A stretch of 55,341 nt of DNA, counting the filler, from Squatina squatina (taxonomy: Eukaryota), in NCBI GenBank assembly GCA_031763465.1. It is 2 parts of 2 records of this genome, joined end to end, with 100 filler letters (N's around TTAATTAATTAA, not from the genome) between each part and the next. Parts side by side here need not be neighbours in the genome. Positions count along the whole stretch, not along the records: positions 24,093 to 55,341 come from JARFOE010000189.1; 1 more part is not named here. The stretch is one strand, 5' to 3'. The notes beneath the pieces are model-generated. The model made no database searches. It was not told where the DNA came from and saw only the letters and a program-made list of their open reading frames with translations. Position 1 is the stretch's first letter, and every line of letters begins with the position of its first letter. Made by a program: the position numbers and the translations under genes. Below, one piece after another: positions 35,373-48,100 of this stretch.

Positions 35373-38300
35373 CTAGAAACAGGGAAAGATTTATCTGTAA
35401 ATAAAGGGCAAAAAGACTAATGGAGTTGGTTATTTGAACAAAGAAAGCAATCTTATTCAGGCAACAAGAGTACATCCACGATACTTGAAACATTAATAAC
35501 TAATGCAAGGCCCAATTAAGCCAGCATATCTATAGGGATTTACAAATTTGTTTAAATGTAATCAGGGATNNNNNNNNNNNNNNNNNNNNNNNNNNNNNNN
35601 NNNNNNNNNNNNNNNNNNNNNNNNNNNNNNNNNNNNNNNNNNNNNNNNNNNNNNNNNNNNNNNNNNNNNGCAGTAATGTCACTGTAAGTGACCTCAACAT
35701 TCCCTGAGCTAACCACCCAGGCCCTCTGCTCCTGATCTCTATGCAGCGTGACCTCTGCTGGAAAGAACCTCAAAGGTCAAGATCAAACTGGGCTGTGACT
35801 CCCCCTCATCCCCCACCCACCAGCTAAATGCCAGGCAATGCTCCCTGTCCAAGCTCACACATGAAGTGAGACACCAGAGGGCGGCCGGTACCTGGTAAAT
35901 CCACAAGCCAGCGCTTTCAGGAAAAAATCGGGAGGGTCTACATGTTGCGGCCGGTGAGAGCACGAGGCTGGAACCATCTCAGTCCTGTCTCATTCATCTG
36001 AACTGAGCTTGGACAGAAATTAATATCCCATGGCCATCCCAAAAAAAGGGATTGGTCAGATTGTTGGGAAACTCTGTCGGTGATATCATCCATTGGCACA
36101 GATTCCTCTCCCACAGGAGCCTGGTCTCTCAGTCATTTCCATCTTTGCCAATGACCCTGCAGTCTGATGTGTTAATCATGGAAAATGTGAAGGAAGAAAA
36201 CAATAAAAAACAAGAATAACTGGTTCTATGGCCTGCAGGCTGTGGCTGATTCTTTAAATGGTCTGCAATGGAAAACGAAAGTCAATTAAGGTTTGGTTGA
36301 TTAAAAAAATTCACATTTCATTAATAGGTTTCCTTGTTTGCGTCATTTTCACACCAGTTATCTGCGAGAGGAAAGAAGGCTTTTATTGTACTTCACGATT
36401 CCTGTACCAGTTTGGCCAAGGATTCATTATTGTTAGAGTACACTTGGTTTATTTTACGAACAAGCAATAATTCAACCACCAAATAAAATTTGCAAACATG
36501 TAGTATTTATTAGTAGGCCTTTCAATTTTCACTACAAATATAGAAGAAAATGTATTAGTATTCACAGTATGAATAATCTGATTTTGTCCTGCATTTTGCC
36601 AAGAAAGGGGATATATAATTCAACTTTAAAATTTTCTATCATTACAAATGACACCTCAATGCCTATAGCCCAAGTTAGAACTTCACGCCCATAAAAGTCT
36701 GTCAAATATATTCAGGGCCCGCATTGTTAAGACGCATTGAGACAGTTTCAGAGTTCAAGCCACAGAAGCCTGCTAGGTCACATACATGCTACACTGGAGC
36801 ATATGCATGCACTTAAACTCAAGGTTTGCCAAGACAAAAGGGCAGTGTAACAGACAGAAACATGCAAGTGAAGCAGCACGTCATGCCATATTAGAACAAA
36901 GCTGGAGGTGAAAGGACCAACGTGGTGGGCTCAAAACAGAAAAAAAATGCAACACCGACAACCAGGTAATTGCCAAATGAATAGGGGCTTTGTTAACTAC
37001 CCAGATCAACATAATTGCAAGTCAATGGCTAGCAAAGTACACACAATCTTTATTTAGCTGAACCCCTGAACTGCTGAGGGTAAATGGTCCCTAGGTAGGA
37101 GTTACCATTCTGGAAGTTGTATTTAAACAATGCACAGCTTATTTCCCGACAACAGAGCAGTTTATTTAAATACAGCTCCAAGAAAGTATTATACTTGGGA
37201 AAAAGGTACAACAATCTACAGATACACACTAAGATATCAGATCAGATGCAGAACAGAAACAATGCATGTGTCTGGGGCTCGTCGGNNNNNNNNNNNNNNN
37301 NNNNNNNNNNNNNNNNNNNNNNNNNNNNNNNNNNNNNNNNNNNNNNNNNNNNNNNNNNNNNNNNNNNNNNNNNNNNNNNNNNNNNNNNNNNNNNNNNNNN
37401 NNNNNNNNNNNNNNNNNNNNNNNNNNNNNNNNNNNNNNNNNNNNNNNNNNNNNNNNNNNNNNNNNNNNNNNNNNNNNNNNNNNNNNNNNNNNNNNNNNNN
37501 NNNNNNNNNNNNNNNNNNNNNNNNNNNNNNNNNNNNNNNNNNNNNNNNNNNNNNNNNNNNNNNNNNNNNNNNNNNNNNNNNNNNNNNNNNNNNNNNNNNN
37601 NNNNNNNNNNNNNNNNNNNNNNNNNNNNNNNNNNNNNNNNNNNNNNNNNNNNNNNNNNNNNNNNNNNNNNNNNNNNNNNNNNNNACTGGCACTCTTATTT
37701 GCTCACATACCAGTTTAGGATGTGTTAAATAAGCAAAAATGATTCTCTGCTAAGAAGCCATCTTACTTTCCACATGTTGCTTCTGATCACATTTTAAAGA
37801 TTATTTGGTCAGTCCTGAATTCAAACAAAAGGGACAGGTATGTGTTAGGCCGTAATTGAGATATAATTTCAATGCAGTTGAGCAATAAAATATTTGTTGC
37901 AAAAGATTTGCGTAATTATTAAGGAAATGTTTCTGGAAGCAATGAGTCTGAAATGTTAATTTGAGGAATCCACACATTTATTCGTAAAAACACTTTTTTG
38001 TGGAAAAATACTGCACATGGAACATGCACACAGTGGGAGGAGAGTCTGACCTTTTTTATAGTTCGCATTGGAAGGAAAAATCAATATTTTTGTTTCATTG
38101 TAGTGTAATGTATCAACTGACTTGAAGATTGTCAGCATGAAATTAAGCTGCAATATTGTGCATAAAACAGTTAGCTGTTGTGAATCTAGATACAGGAACT
38201 TCAGTCTATATCAGTCGTATCGGGTTTGCTTTCCATCATGATTCAGATTTCCTTTATTCCCTGTGTTGTATTAGTGGCTATGTCATTGTGTTTATCAGTG

Positions 38301-39382
38301 AATTATGTATGTGAACTAGCAAATGACTTTGAAGTACACAAAAATATTGTAATTGAAGGGATTGTTTGAAATATTATACTGAATATCTAAGTTGTTTTGG
38401 CACCTACATCTAATGTTAAGTTGCATTGTAGATTTATTGAACCTGTAGGATTACGGGTAATCAAGGCATTTTCATCTATAAGCCTGTGCATTCACTACAA
38501 TATGCCCTTTGTTGAAAATGCTAACATTCATAGTTTATTTAAGAGAAATCCACTAAAGATTAGTAGCAAATAGTATTCATTTAAGACTAACCTTTAGCCT
38601 GCTGAAAATGTATTTGAATGCACAGTGGAGATGCAGTTGAGTTAAAACTGAAAAACAAATTCCATTTCATAAATTTTACACTATAGTTTTAATTCTAATT
38701 ATTACATTAAGAATGCATAAAATAACTGTTTCAAATGTCAGATAATTATTTAAGGATTAACTAATTCATAAATCCAAAAGCAGTGGATTTTTGCCAAAAT
38801 GCTCAAAGAAATGGTAAAAATTCTATAAGGAATTAACCACAAATGTTGCAGTCTCAAATTTACTGCTGCTAATACACAAATCCTCCCAGTATCAACAGAC
38901 AATCCTCTGGCAGCAGCTCAGTAATGCACTGATGTCCGTCCATCACTTGGCAATTGTCCATGCTGCATCTTACATAATATTTACTTTCAATTTGAGCACC
39001 ATTTATTAGAAATGACACAGTCAAACAAGCAAATGAAAACATTTATCTATTGATCATGGAATTCAATCAGAAGCACAATTATACTTAAATCTTAATTACG
39101 CTTTAAGATCATGATTACAGAATGATGGTAGCTACTCTTTTAACATACATGCCAACATAAAGACAATGCTAAAAAGGGACAGACACAAGTGCACAGTCTC
39201 TATAAGCCTCATTGCGTCAGAAGTCTTTAATCTTGTATTTTCAATTATTGATAACAAAATGGGGTTAGAGAGACTGCAACACATTCTGAAGTAGGGGAAA
39301 TGAAGTGTGAAAGCGAGAGAGATCGAGCACCACGTGTACATGAAAAACAACAAGTTTCAACTTTGAAGAAACAAATACCTAC

Positions 39383-39407
39383 CATGACAACATTCCCACT
39401 TCAAAGA
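39383..39407 (-). CDS. TCF7L2: TCF7L2 alternative microexon 16, 25 nt
   Basis: catgcag|TCTTTGAAGTGGGAATGTTGTCATG|gtaggt. Same length, position and ends as human exon 16 (recalled TCTTTGAATTTGGAATATTACAATG). Confidence 0.85.
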
Positions 39408-40494
39408 CTGCATGTGTCAGGACAAAGAAATAAGATTTAACCAAATGCGGTCAACGGGAAAGGTGTACATAAACAGGACAAAACATTTATTCCCTCTACC
39501 CAGCCAAGTCCCAAGAATTAGAGAATTGGCAACCGAGTAGTTTGAAAAGTTCTAGAGTACCCAGATTAGCTGTGGTGGATAAGCCTTTGACCGTTTGATG
39601 CCTGAGTTTGTTTAGTTAAACCGAATTGTAAGAAAACTAAAAGAGAAATTTAATTGTGTGTTACTTAAAAAAAAAAATATTCCAACAGATTTTGCACTCG
39701 CCTGAAAATGAAAGTTTCCTCTGAACGAGCTTGTAGCTGGTATGACGCCCAATTACTAAAAATAAATTGGCGATTAATACATAAAAATGTAAAGACATAG
39801 TTACTGGAGTGCACAAACACCTTGCTGCTTCTTGGAAACTTATCTGTTGTACAATGCTGCGATAACTGCTCAGGAGAGGCGACTATTTTATCAATAAGAT
39901 AACATTCTCTATAAATGAAATAGTAGCTCTATTAAAATTGAGGTAAAGGAATATTTATAAAGTAAAGGCCACTCATTTATAAATGTACAAATAATCAAGT
40001 CCACTGCTTTACTGATGTCATAGTAAAAATGAATAGCCTCAGAATTCAGTCTCCTGAACATCGATAAAAATCCCATAATACCAAATAATAAAAACAGTAT
40101 TTATCTTATTCAGTCACCATAAATCACTGGCCCTGGTAATATCGTCTGTTACATAGCATAACATCTGTATTTTAATAAATCAGCATGAACTGCGCCTCAC
40201 CATGAGCAACGTTATAAGAGATCTGCTGGAATATATATAAATGTTTTACATGAAGTGTGTCTGTAACACTAGATAACATAACAACANNNNNNNNNNNNNN
40301 NNNNNNNNNNNNNNNNNNNNNNNNNNNNNNNNNNNNNNNNNNNNNNNNNNNNNNNNNNNNNNNNNNNNNNNNNNNNNNNNNNNNNNNNNNNNNNNNNNNN
40401 NNNNNNNNNNNNNNNNNNNNNNNNNNNNNNNNNNNNNNNNNNNNNNNNNNNNNNNNNNNNNNNNNNNNNNNNNNNNNNNNNNNNNNNNNNNNNN

Positions 40495-40531
40495 CCGAAC
40501 AATGCCCGACACTTCTTTGGAGTATTTGCAT
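40495..40531 (-). CDS. TCF7L2: TCF7L2 alternative exon 15 (CRALF C-clamp variant), partial, 3' part in gap
   Basis: gctaacag|AT-ANTPKKCRALFG. Confidence 0.93.
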
Positions 40532-40800
40532 CTGTTAGCATGAAGTAAACAAAAACAACAAATGGAGGATACTGCTCACTGGATGTGACATCTCAGCCAG
40601 AGCTAGTGGTTTAGCTGGCCAAGTTGGCATTCTCCCCTCATCACTGAACAAAACAAAATTCACACTGCCTAGCAACAATAGATGCAAGGGTGGGTATCAG
40701 CGTCCAATCAAAACACTGAAACAGTGATAGCAAGAAGGGGAAAGTACCAATTTAACCCAGCTGAAACCAACCATAGCAAACCTGGGAAAACGATACACAC

Positions 40801-40873
40801 CTGCACGGGCCGCACCAGTTATTCTGTTGATCAAGGCCAAAGCGCGCTCGGCATTTCTTAGGAGCGCTCAGAT
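40801..40873 (-). CDS. TCF7L2: TCF7L2 alternative exon 14 (CRARF C-clamp), 73 nt
   Basis: ttgttcag|[27 protein letters not shown]|gtgtgt. Confidence 0.97.
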
Positions 40874-41625
40874 CTGAACAAATTGGAAGAAAGCGAGCAG
40901 AGGAGACAGAAATGGAAGAAGGAGAGACAAGAAAACAAAAAGGAATAAATCAATTTATCTGTTACCAGTGATCAGTAATGCCCTCTAATTTCATAAAAAG
41001 TATTAAAATCACAGCTGCATTTTTTTCACCCATTTAAAAAGCACCAATATTGCGTGGCAATACAAATTTGCATTATTTTATAGTAGCTTTTCATTAGAAT
41101 TCACAAAAAAGAAGTAAGTGGACTGAATGAAGAACCTGCAGGTTAGTGCCAGCAGAGGATGTTAGGCTTGAATCAGGCTAAAAGGTTAAAGTGTTTTGCG
41201 AAAGGAGCTGAATAGCAGGGTCAATTTTACATGCATGCCTTCCGAGGGCAAATGTAAAGTAGGATAATGGGATTAGTCTAGCAGGTAAGGCTAATTACTA
41301 TGTCAATACAAGACAAGACAATAAGTACACACTACAATAAGCTTTAAAACATTTTAAGTTACAACAGCTAATGCAATAAATTTTTTTTTTTAAATAAGGA
41401 GTTCTACAAAAACGAGCATTAAAAATGTCTGTAATTCATGCACTGATTACTTTATCGCTCTTGGAAAGGCAAACCAGCCATAAAATTAAACTGCATACAT
41501 AGTATCGTAATTAACAATGTTATAACACATGGTTAGCAGCAGCTAGGGTTTCATCTGATTAAATGTCGTTATTCTGATATGTAAAGGGTGCCCTCTATTA
41601 TGGAAGATAATTGCTGCCTACTTAC

Positions 41626-41674
41626 CATTGGTCTCCCCTGCCTGCTTTTCCCTTTTCCTCTTCTTCCTCTTGCC
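41626..41674 (-). CDS. TCF7L2: TCF7L2 exon 12 (basic tail/NLS), 49 nt
   Basis: ctaatag|GKRKKRKREKQAGETN-G|gtaagt. Confidence 0.96.
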
Positions 41675-42015
41675 CTATTAGGGAGAGAGAAAAAATGGAG
41701 ATGGGGAGGAGGGGGGAAAAAAGCACAAGCTCAGTTTGCCCATTAGGTTCACAAAACCCTGCCAATCAGAATCAAAAACACCGCAAAAGAATAAAAATGG
41801 TTGGTTTGATCAGCACTGAGAAACAAAAGCAATATGAAGGACAGCTCTGTGGCACACACAAGGTTCTGAAGACGGCAGGGCACTGTCGGCTTCACCCTAA
41901 TCTCTATTTGTAACATTAAACTGACATGTATGAAGTGTACACCACTGGGCCTGTAGAGGAAAAAAAGCAGGAGTTGGGGAGGGAGTGGAGGAAAGTGCTA
42001 GAGAATGGAACTCAC

Positions 42016-42041
42016 ATAGTTATCTCGTGCTGACCAGCCCG
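42016..42041 (-). CDS. TCF7L2: TCF7L2 exon 11 (HMG box C-terminal half), partial
   Basis: GWSARDNY|gtgagt; the rest is in the gap. Confidence 0.92.
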
Positions 42042-42802
42042 NNNNNNNNNNNNNNNNNNNNNNNNNNNNNNNNNNNNNNNNNNNNNNNNNNNNNNNNNNN
42101 NNNNNNNNNNNNNNNNNNNNNNNNNNNNNNNNNNNNNNNNNNNNNNNNNNNNNNNNNNNNNNNNNNNNNNNNNNNNNNNNNNNNNNNNNNNNNNNNNNNN
42201 NNNNNNNNNNNNNNNNNNNNNNNNNNNNNNNNNNNNNNNNNNNNNNNNNNNNNNNNNNNNNNNNNNNNNNNNNNNNNNNNNNNNNNNNNNNNNNNNNNNN
42301 NNNNNNNNNNNNNNNNNNNNNNNNNNNNNNNNNNNNNNNNNNNNNNNNNNNNNNNNNNNNNNNNNNNNNNNNNNNNNNNNNNNNNNNNNNNNNNNNNNNN
42401 NNNNNNNNNNNNNNNNNNNNNNNNNNNNNNNNNNNNNNNNNNNNNNNNNNNNNNNNNNNNNNNNNNNNNNNNNNNNNNNNNNNNNNNNNNNNNNNNNNNN
42501 NNNNNNNNNNNNNNNNNNNNNNNNNNNNNNNNNNNNNNNNNNNNNNNNNNNNNNNNNNNNNNNNNNNNNNNNNNNNNNNNNNNNNNNNNNNNNNNNNNNN
42601 NNNNNNNNNNNNNNNNNNNNNNNNNNNNNNNNNNNNNNNNNNNNNNNNNNNNNNNNNNNNNNNNNNNNNNNNNNNNNNNATTAATGGCCAGTGTAAAAAT
42701 CTACACTGACTGATTGCCCTGATCACTAAGATTAGATCTCCACTCTGGTCTTGTGTGCTTCAGGTTAGGAAGTGGTCATTTTTGATGGTTTAGGTTGCTT
42801 AC

Positions 42803-42965
42803 CCTTCGGCCAAGGATCTGATTGATGGCCGCACTTTCTTTCAATGTGCACTCTGCTACTACCTTTGCTCTCATTTCCTTCATGTACAACATGAATGCGT
42901 TCAGAGGTTTCTTTATGTGTGGCTTTTTCTTTTCCTCTTCTTTTTTGGCATCCTGATGATGTTTT
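42803..42965 (-). CDS. TCF7L2: TCF7L2 exon 10 (HMG box N-terminal half), 163 nt
   Basis: ctctcag|[55 protein letters not shown]|gtaagc. Confidence 0.98.
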
Positions 42966-43243
42966 CTGAGAGAATGAGAACAGTCATTGACTTCACCAGT
43001 GAAATTGAAATGATCATTTCTCTTCTAAAAAAGCTACATTTTAATTGATTAAGTATTAAAACCAAATGAAAACTTTTAAGTTATAATAAACTTGGAGAAG
43101 TCAACATTTAATAATCTAGACACACATTATTTTGAAATTTTTACAGAATTTTTATCATGGCAAAAATAGCAAATTTTGAAGTTATGGACTAGTTGCACAG
43201 TAAAATAAAATGATGTGCTTTTTGCACAAATAATAAGACTTAC

Positions 43244-43384
43244 GAGTTATTGAGGGATCCGATGTCACTCTGGGAAGACTCTTGTTTGACAGTTGGTGTG
43301 ACTATGGCCGGATGGGGAATTCCCGTTGTGTGTAAACTGTGGTGTGGTGGAACCATGTGTGGGGGGAACCTACCAGAGAGAAAA
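43244..43384 (-). CDS. TCF7L2: TCF7L2 exon 9 (126 nt from the acceptor at 43369; 141 nt from the alternative acceptor at 43384)
   Basis: [SFLSG][44 protein letters not shown]|gtaagt. Two AG acceptors 15 nt apart. Confidence 0.96.
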
Positions 43385-44909
43385 CTGTGTAAATCAACAG
43401 AACAGAAATGAATGAACGGGAGGGATGGGCACACGTTTGATATATAAGCAAGCATACNNNNNNNNNNNNNNNNNNNATGTGGCTACTGTGATTAATAGCA
43501 TAAAATGACTCATCATTACACAACTGGCAGTCTAACTTTACTAGTCTGCCAACAGTATACAGTAATACAAAATTACAACATATACATAAACTGTATAAAT
43601 GCAATATATGCTACATAATTTCTAAGATTTTCCCTTGTAGAACACTATACAAGAGGCCTTTTCAAAGAACAACTTTAGTTTGGCCCCTTTATACACCTAA
43701 CAAATGCTTTTTCACCTGTCCAAATTTATATTTGGCCAAACCTCATATTTCTAGCATTATTGAAAGGGGCTGAGTTTGTGGTACACCAAAAGCTTCCCCA
43801 ACATCATGAATCAAACCAACATAATTTCCTTATCAATATAATGATATATTTACTGCTTCATTTTAAAATATAGTAAAAATGATTTTGGAGTGAACATTTT
43901 TATCCAATTACACAGCACGTGGGAGGCTGCTACTGTGTTAGCTGACAGATGCAGACATTTTTCCCAGAGTGAAATATTAGCAGAGTGAGTGAGCAGTGAA
44001 AATACCATTTACAGATACAATACAAACATAAGACAGTACACAGGTGAAGTATTTTATAGTACTAGAGCTTTCAAAACCTCAAGAGTATTATTCTTCATGT
44101 GATCGAAGCGGATACATTCATTTCATTACCTGAGGAGACTTACGAGGGTTCAGAAGTTAATGGATACTTGAAAATGCCAATCTATCATAAGGTGATTACT
44201 TCCACACTATCTACAAAATATTTGAAATTTGGTTCACTCTTGCAACTGAACAAGGGTACTAATATATATATTATATATATAATAAATTCCATTGTAAAAA
44301 TTGAAAATTCTAAACAGCTAATTATGAAAAAATCCTGACTGCTTTTATGGCTGCAAGCCAGAATATAATGATGTGCATAAACTTGCAGGCCATGTTACGA
44401 ACAAACTCATTTTTGTTCCACAGTGTCTCTGGGGCTTCTATCACGTTCACTCTCACTTTATTTCACTGTTGACATGTTTCTGTTAACTGCATGTCATCTG
44501 CCTGGCTTTGTTTTATGTGTGAGCTGTGGGATGCTTTTTTTCCCCCTTGCAAAAAAAACAGCCTCTTTGAGTTGCAGCTAGTTTGTCATTATTCCCCCTC
44601 CTCTCCCTGTGCAGTTGTTATCTCTCATCTTTTCCAAGCTCAATTTTCCTGAGCTTTCTGAACCACCACAAACCCACATTATGGTTTATACATGATGCTG
44701 ATCTCTTTGAAGGCGGCACATTTCAGAGCGGGCCCTAGTCAGAAGAAGCACCTTCAGCCACTTTGCTAGGCTGAGGGGCCCCGAAGNNNNNNNNNNNNNN
44801 NNNNNNNNNNNNNNNNNNNNNNNNNNNNNNNNNNNNNNNNNNNNNNNNNNNNNNNNNNNNNNNNNNNNNNNNNNNNNNNNNNNNNNCTGGTTATTGATCC
44901 CTCTGCTTC

Positions 44910-45180
44910 CCATCTGCCCTCTCGGGTGGACGTAAAAGATCCCACGGCACTATTTCGAAGATGAGCAGGGGAGTTCTCCCCGGTGTCCTGGCCAATATTT
45001 ATCTCTTAACCAACATCACGAAAACAGATGATCTGGACATGATTGTGGGAGCTTGCTGTGCGCAAATTGGCCATGTTTCCTACATTACAACAGTGGCTGC
45101 ACTTCAAAAAGTATTTCATTGGCTTTGGGATGTCCGATGGTTGCGAAACGCACAATAGAAATGCAAGTCCTTCTTTCTTC
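44910..45180 (+). mobile_element. Deu-domain SINE, 3' two-thirds
   Basis: High similarity to 32090-32380 (tctgccctctcgggtggacgtaaaagatcccacggcactatttcgaag...). Confidence 0.9.
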
Positions 45181-48100
45181 TTTCCAGTTGTTGGGTAGCA
45201 TGGGCCTGCAGCATGAAACGGTCCCTAATTGTACGGTCATTGTCAATTGCACTTGAGGTATGGAAATGTGGTAAATTGATGGAGCAGGGTGTGTTCTACT
45301 GAAGTTGGCGCTGAGACATGTTGAGGCCACAGTGGAAGGAACACCTGGCTGTGCTAACTAACATCTGTTGCCCGGTATCTCAATGCCTTTTGTTCTATTT
45401 TTTTTCCATCTGAATAACTAATGTACGCCCCTACAGGAAAAATTGTTGAAGAACTGCTAAGTTGTTTTAATGATTGTCTTCACAAGTGTACAAATCGTGT
45501 TCTTTCCCTGACAATCTGACCCCTACCCACAGTCTATTTGTAGGGACGGGAACACTACCAAAAGCAATGCAGGTGTGACCAGAAAATAACCCAACACCTT
45601 TCTCTCTTTTGTGATGTGCACCTTTCACACAACTGATGCCCCACCGACAGCTGTACATTTGCAACACTGAACATCGTGAATACTTCTAACACATTCTTAA
45701 AGTCTTATTTTGCTATTCCGTTATAAACAATTTTGTTATTCAGCTAAACCGCTGGAAAATGTTTTGTTTTAAATGGCTAATTTGTCTTGCCCCTATCTAA
45801 AGCTGTGCTTTTAAAAATGCATCTACTTAGTCCCGAGAGATGGGGAGCCTTGCCTAATAATCTATGCTAATTTAATTAACAGCTATCATCAAAATGCATT
45901 AGCTGTTTCAGCCCATCAGGAAAGTCTAACCCTCCACCAATTAAATTAGCTGAANNNNNNNNNNNNNNNNNNNNNNNNNNNNNNNNNNNNNNNNNNNNNN
46001 NNNNNNNNNNNNNNNNNNNNNNNNNNNNNNNNNNNNNNNNNNNNNNNNNNNNNNNNNNNNNNNNNNNNNNNNNNNNNNNNNNNNNNNNTGTGACGAACAG
46101 TCAGAGCCCCTATCAAAACAGTAGCTTTTGGAGTTCTGAACATCAGCCTCCAAGAGCTTTGATGTGTCATCATTTACCAGTCTCTCTTATTGGTTTTGTA
46201 TGTTTGCATTTGCTGTGTATGCATATGGACATTAATATTGCACACAGGGGTGGAATCTGGTGTGGTAACGCTGATGTGTTGTAAACTTTAATACATAGAT
46301 ATTTTATCCTGCATGGCAGCTACTTCTGCTAGTTAAAATTAGGGACTGATTTACAATACCTCATTACTTTTTTATTTCACCTTCAGTATTGCTAAATCCC
46401 CATTTAAATTTTACATAGCTGGCACAATTAAATCTTGTGAAAATTATTGCCTTTTTCCATTAAGAGGGCCTCATTACTGCTACAATGCAGTTTACCAATA
46501 CCACAATTATACTGAAGCCCCCAGGCATAATTTGGTGTTGATATTTGGGCTCAATACTGCAGGGCTAAGTGGGGCTTCCACATAGGACTGGATGTTCTCA
46601 GTTGCACTGCTTAACAATGTAAACCTAGATTTTTTTTGTATCTGTTTAAGATCTAAAGAGCAGGAAGAGTAAATGACGGGCAAAAAGGGCTGGATGAAAT
46701 GACTGCAACAGGGATGGATTCCGTGCAAGTCCAAACGTAGGTTATAGTGGCCCATGACAAAATTGGTACCAGTCCAAAAATAATTTCTGNNNNNNNNNNN
46801 NNNNNNNNNNNNNNNNNNNNNNNNNNNNNNNNNNNNNNNNNNNNNNNNNNNNNNNNNNNNNNNNNNNNNNNNNNNNNNNNNNNNNNNNNNNNNNNNNNNN
46901 NNNNNNNNNNNNNNNNNNNNNNNNNNNNNNNNNNNNNNNNNNNNNNNNNNNNCAAAAGTGGTGCTGACATAGGCCTTGGACCGCTTCCCCTGCTGTCCAT
47001 CTCTATTAAACAAAGATGTTCACAATGTAGGGAGCATCTAATTTGTGAAAGGAATGGAAAAATAATATATAATTTAGTCTTTTCCCCAAAAGAAATTTAA
47101 ATAATAGAGTACTTGTCAGTGGGCTAGTTGGTGTTGTATTCCATACACATTTTATAGAAGACTGCTGGCTTTGTTACAACAAAATACAGATGTGTGCTTT
47201 GACCTTTAGTTGATGAGCTGGCCAACTGACACACAGATTGGATGAATAATGTGACTTGAATAAGCTGATGTTTGTGCATCGTGATGACAATACACATTCA
47301 GGAATGTGCTGTTTATTTAATTCTGCTTTGTTTCTTTTTTGCCACCTCCACTTGCTGCCTTCTCGGATGGCTCCAGGTGTGTGGGAACACATTACATAGG
47401 GTCAGAACTGGAAAGCTACCAATCTGTGGCATGGCATGCAGTAATACACAACACAAACGATGGCCGAACAGATAGTTCTCACCCTAATTTACTTTCTATC
47501 CTAATCTAATTTACAATACAAGTTAATTGCCAATTTATTTATTGAAAGAATGTGTTGGTAGAGCCTTAGCCAAGGCCACATACGAGTTTCTAACATTTCA
47601 TTTACATTATAGAACTGTTTCCAATGGAAGTGGTTTCACACTGTGCTTAGGTTGCAGACAGCTCTGAATTCATGTGACAGCTTAATTTCAGAGCAACGGT
47701 AAACCAACTGCACACATTCAAAACTACATTTGTGCAGTTCAAAAGTTGCAATTGCAGAATTATGCTGCTGGCCGAATATCCTCCATAATATTGAGGGATG
47801 GTTGAACAGGCCATCAATGTGAAAACTACTTTAGTTCAGGATGCTTGAAGCGATAATACCTTTAAGGCTGTGTGTGTCAGGAAGCACATGCACTCCCTCA
47901 TATTGAAGTGCCTGTGACTGAATCCTTGTCATTGAAGGCACTTCCATAGCAAAGGGTATTAGCTAGTTACCCTAGTTAGCAAGCACCCTAAGTGATGTTA
48001 AGTTATTAAGACTAGTATGATGATGTGATCAGGTGATTATGAAAACTGACACTCCAGAGCAAAAAATAAATTTACAGCTACTCTGCACTGAATTCATCAA

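Noticed and set aside
41429-41472. Fragments resembling human TCF7L2 exon 13 (ctgtaat...gaaaggcaa)
   Set aside because: No GT donor at the matching position and the spacing is wrong; probably chance.
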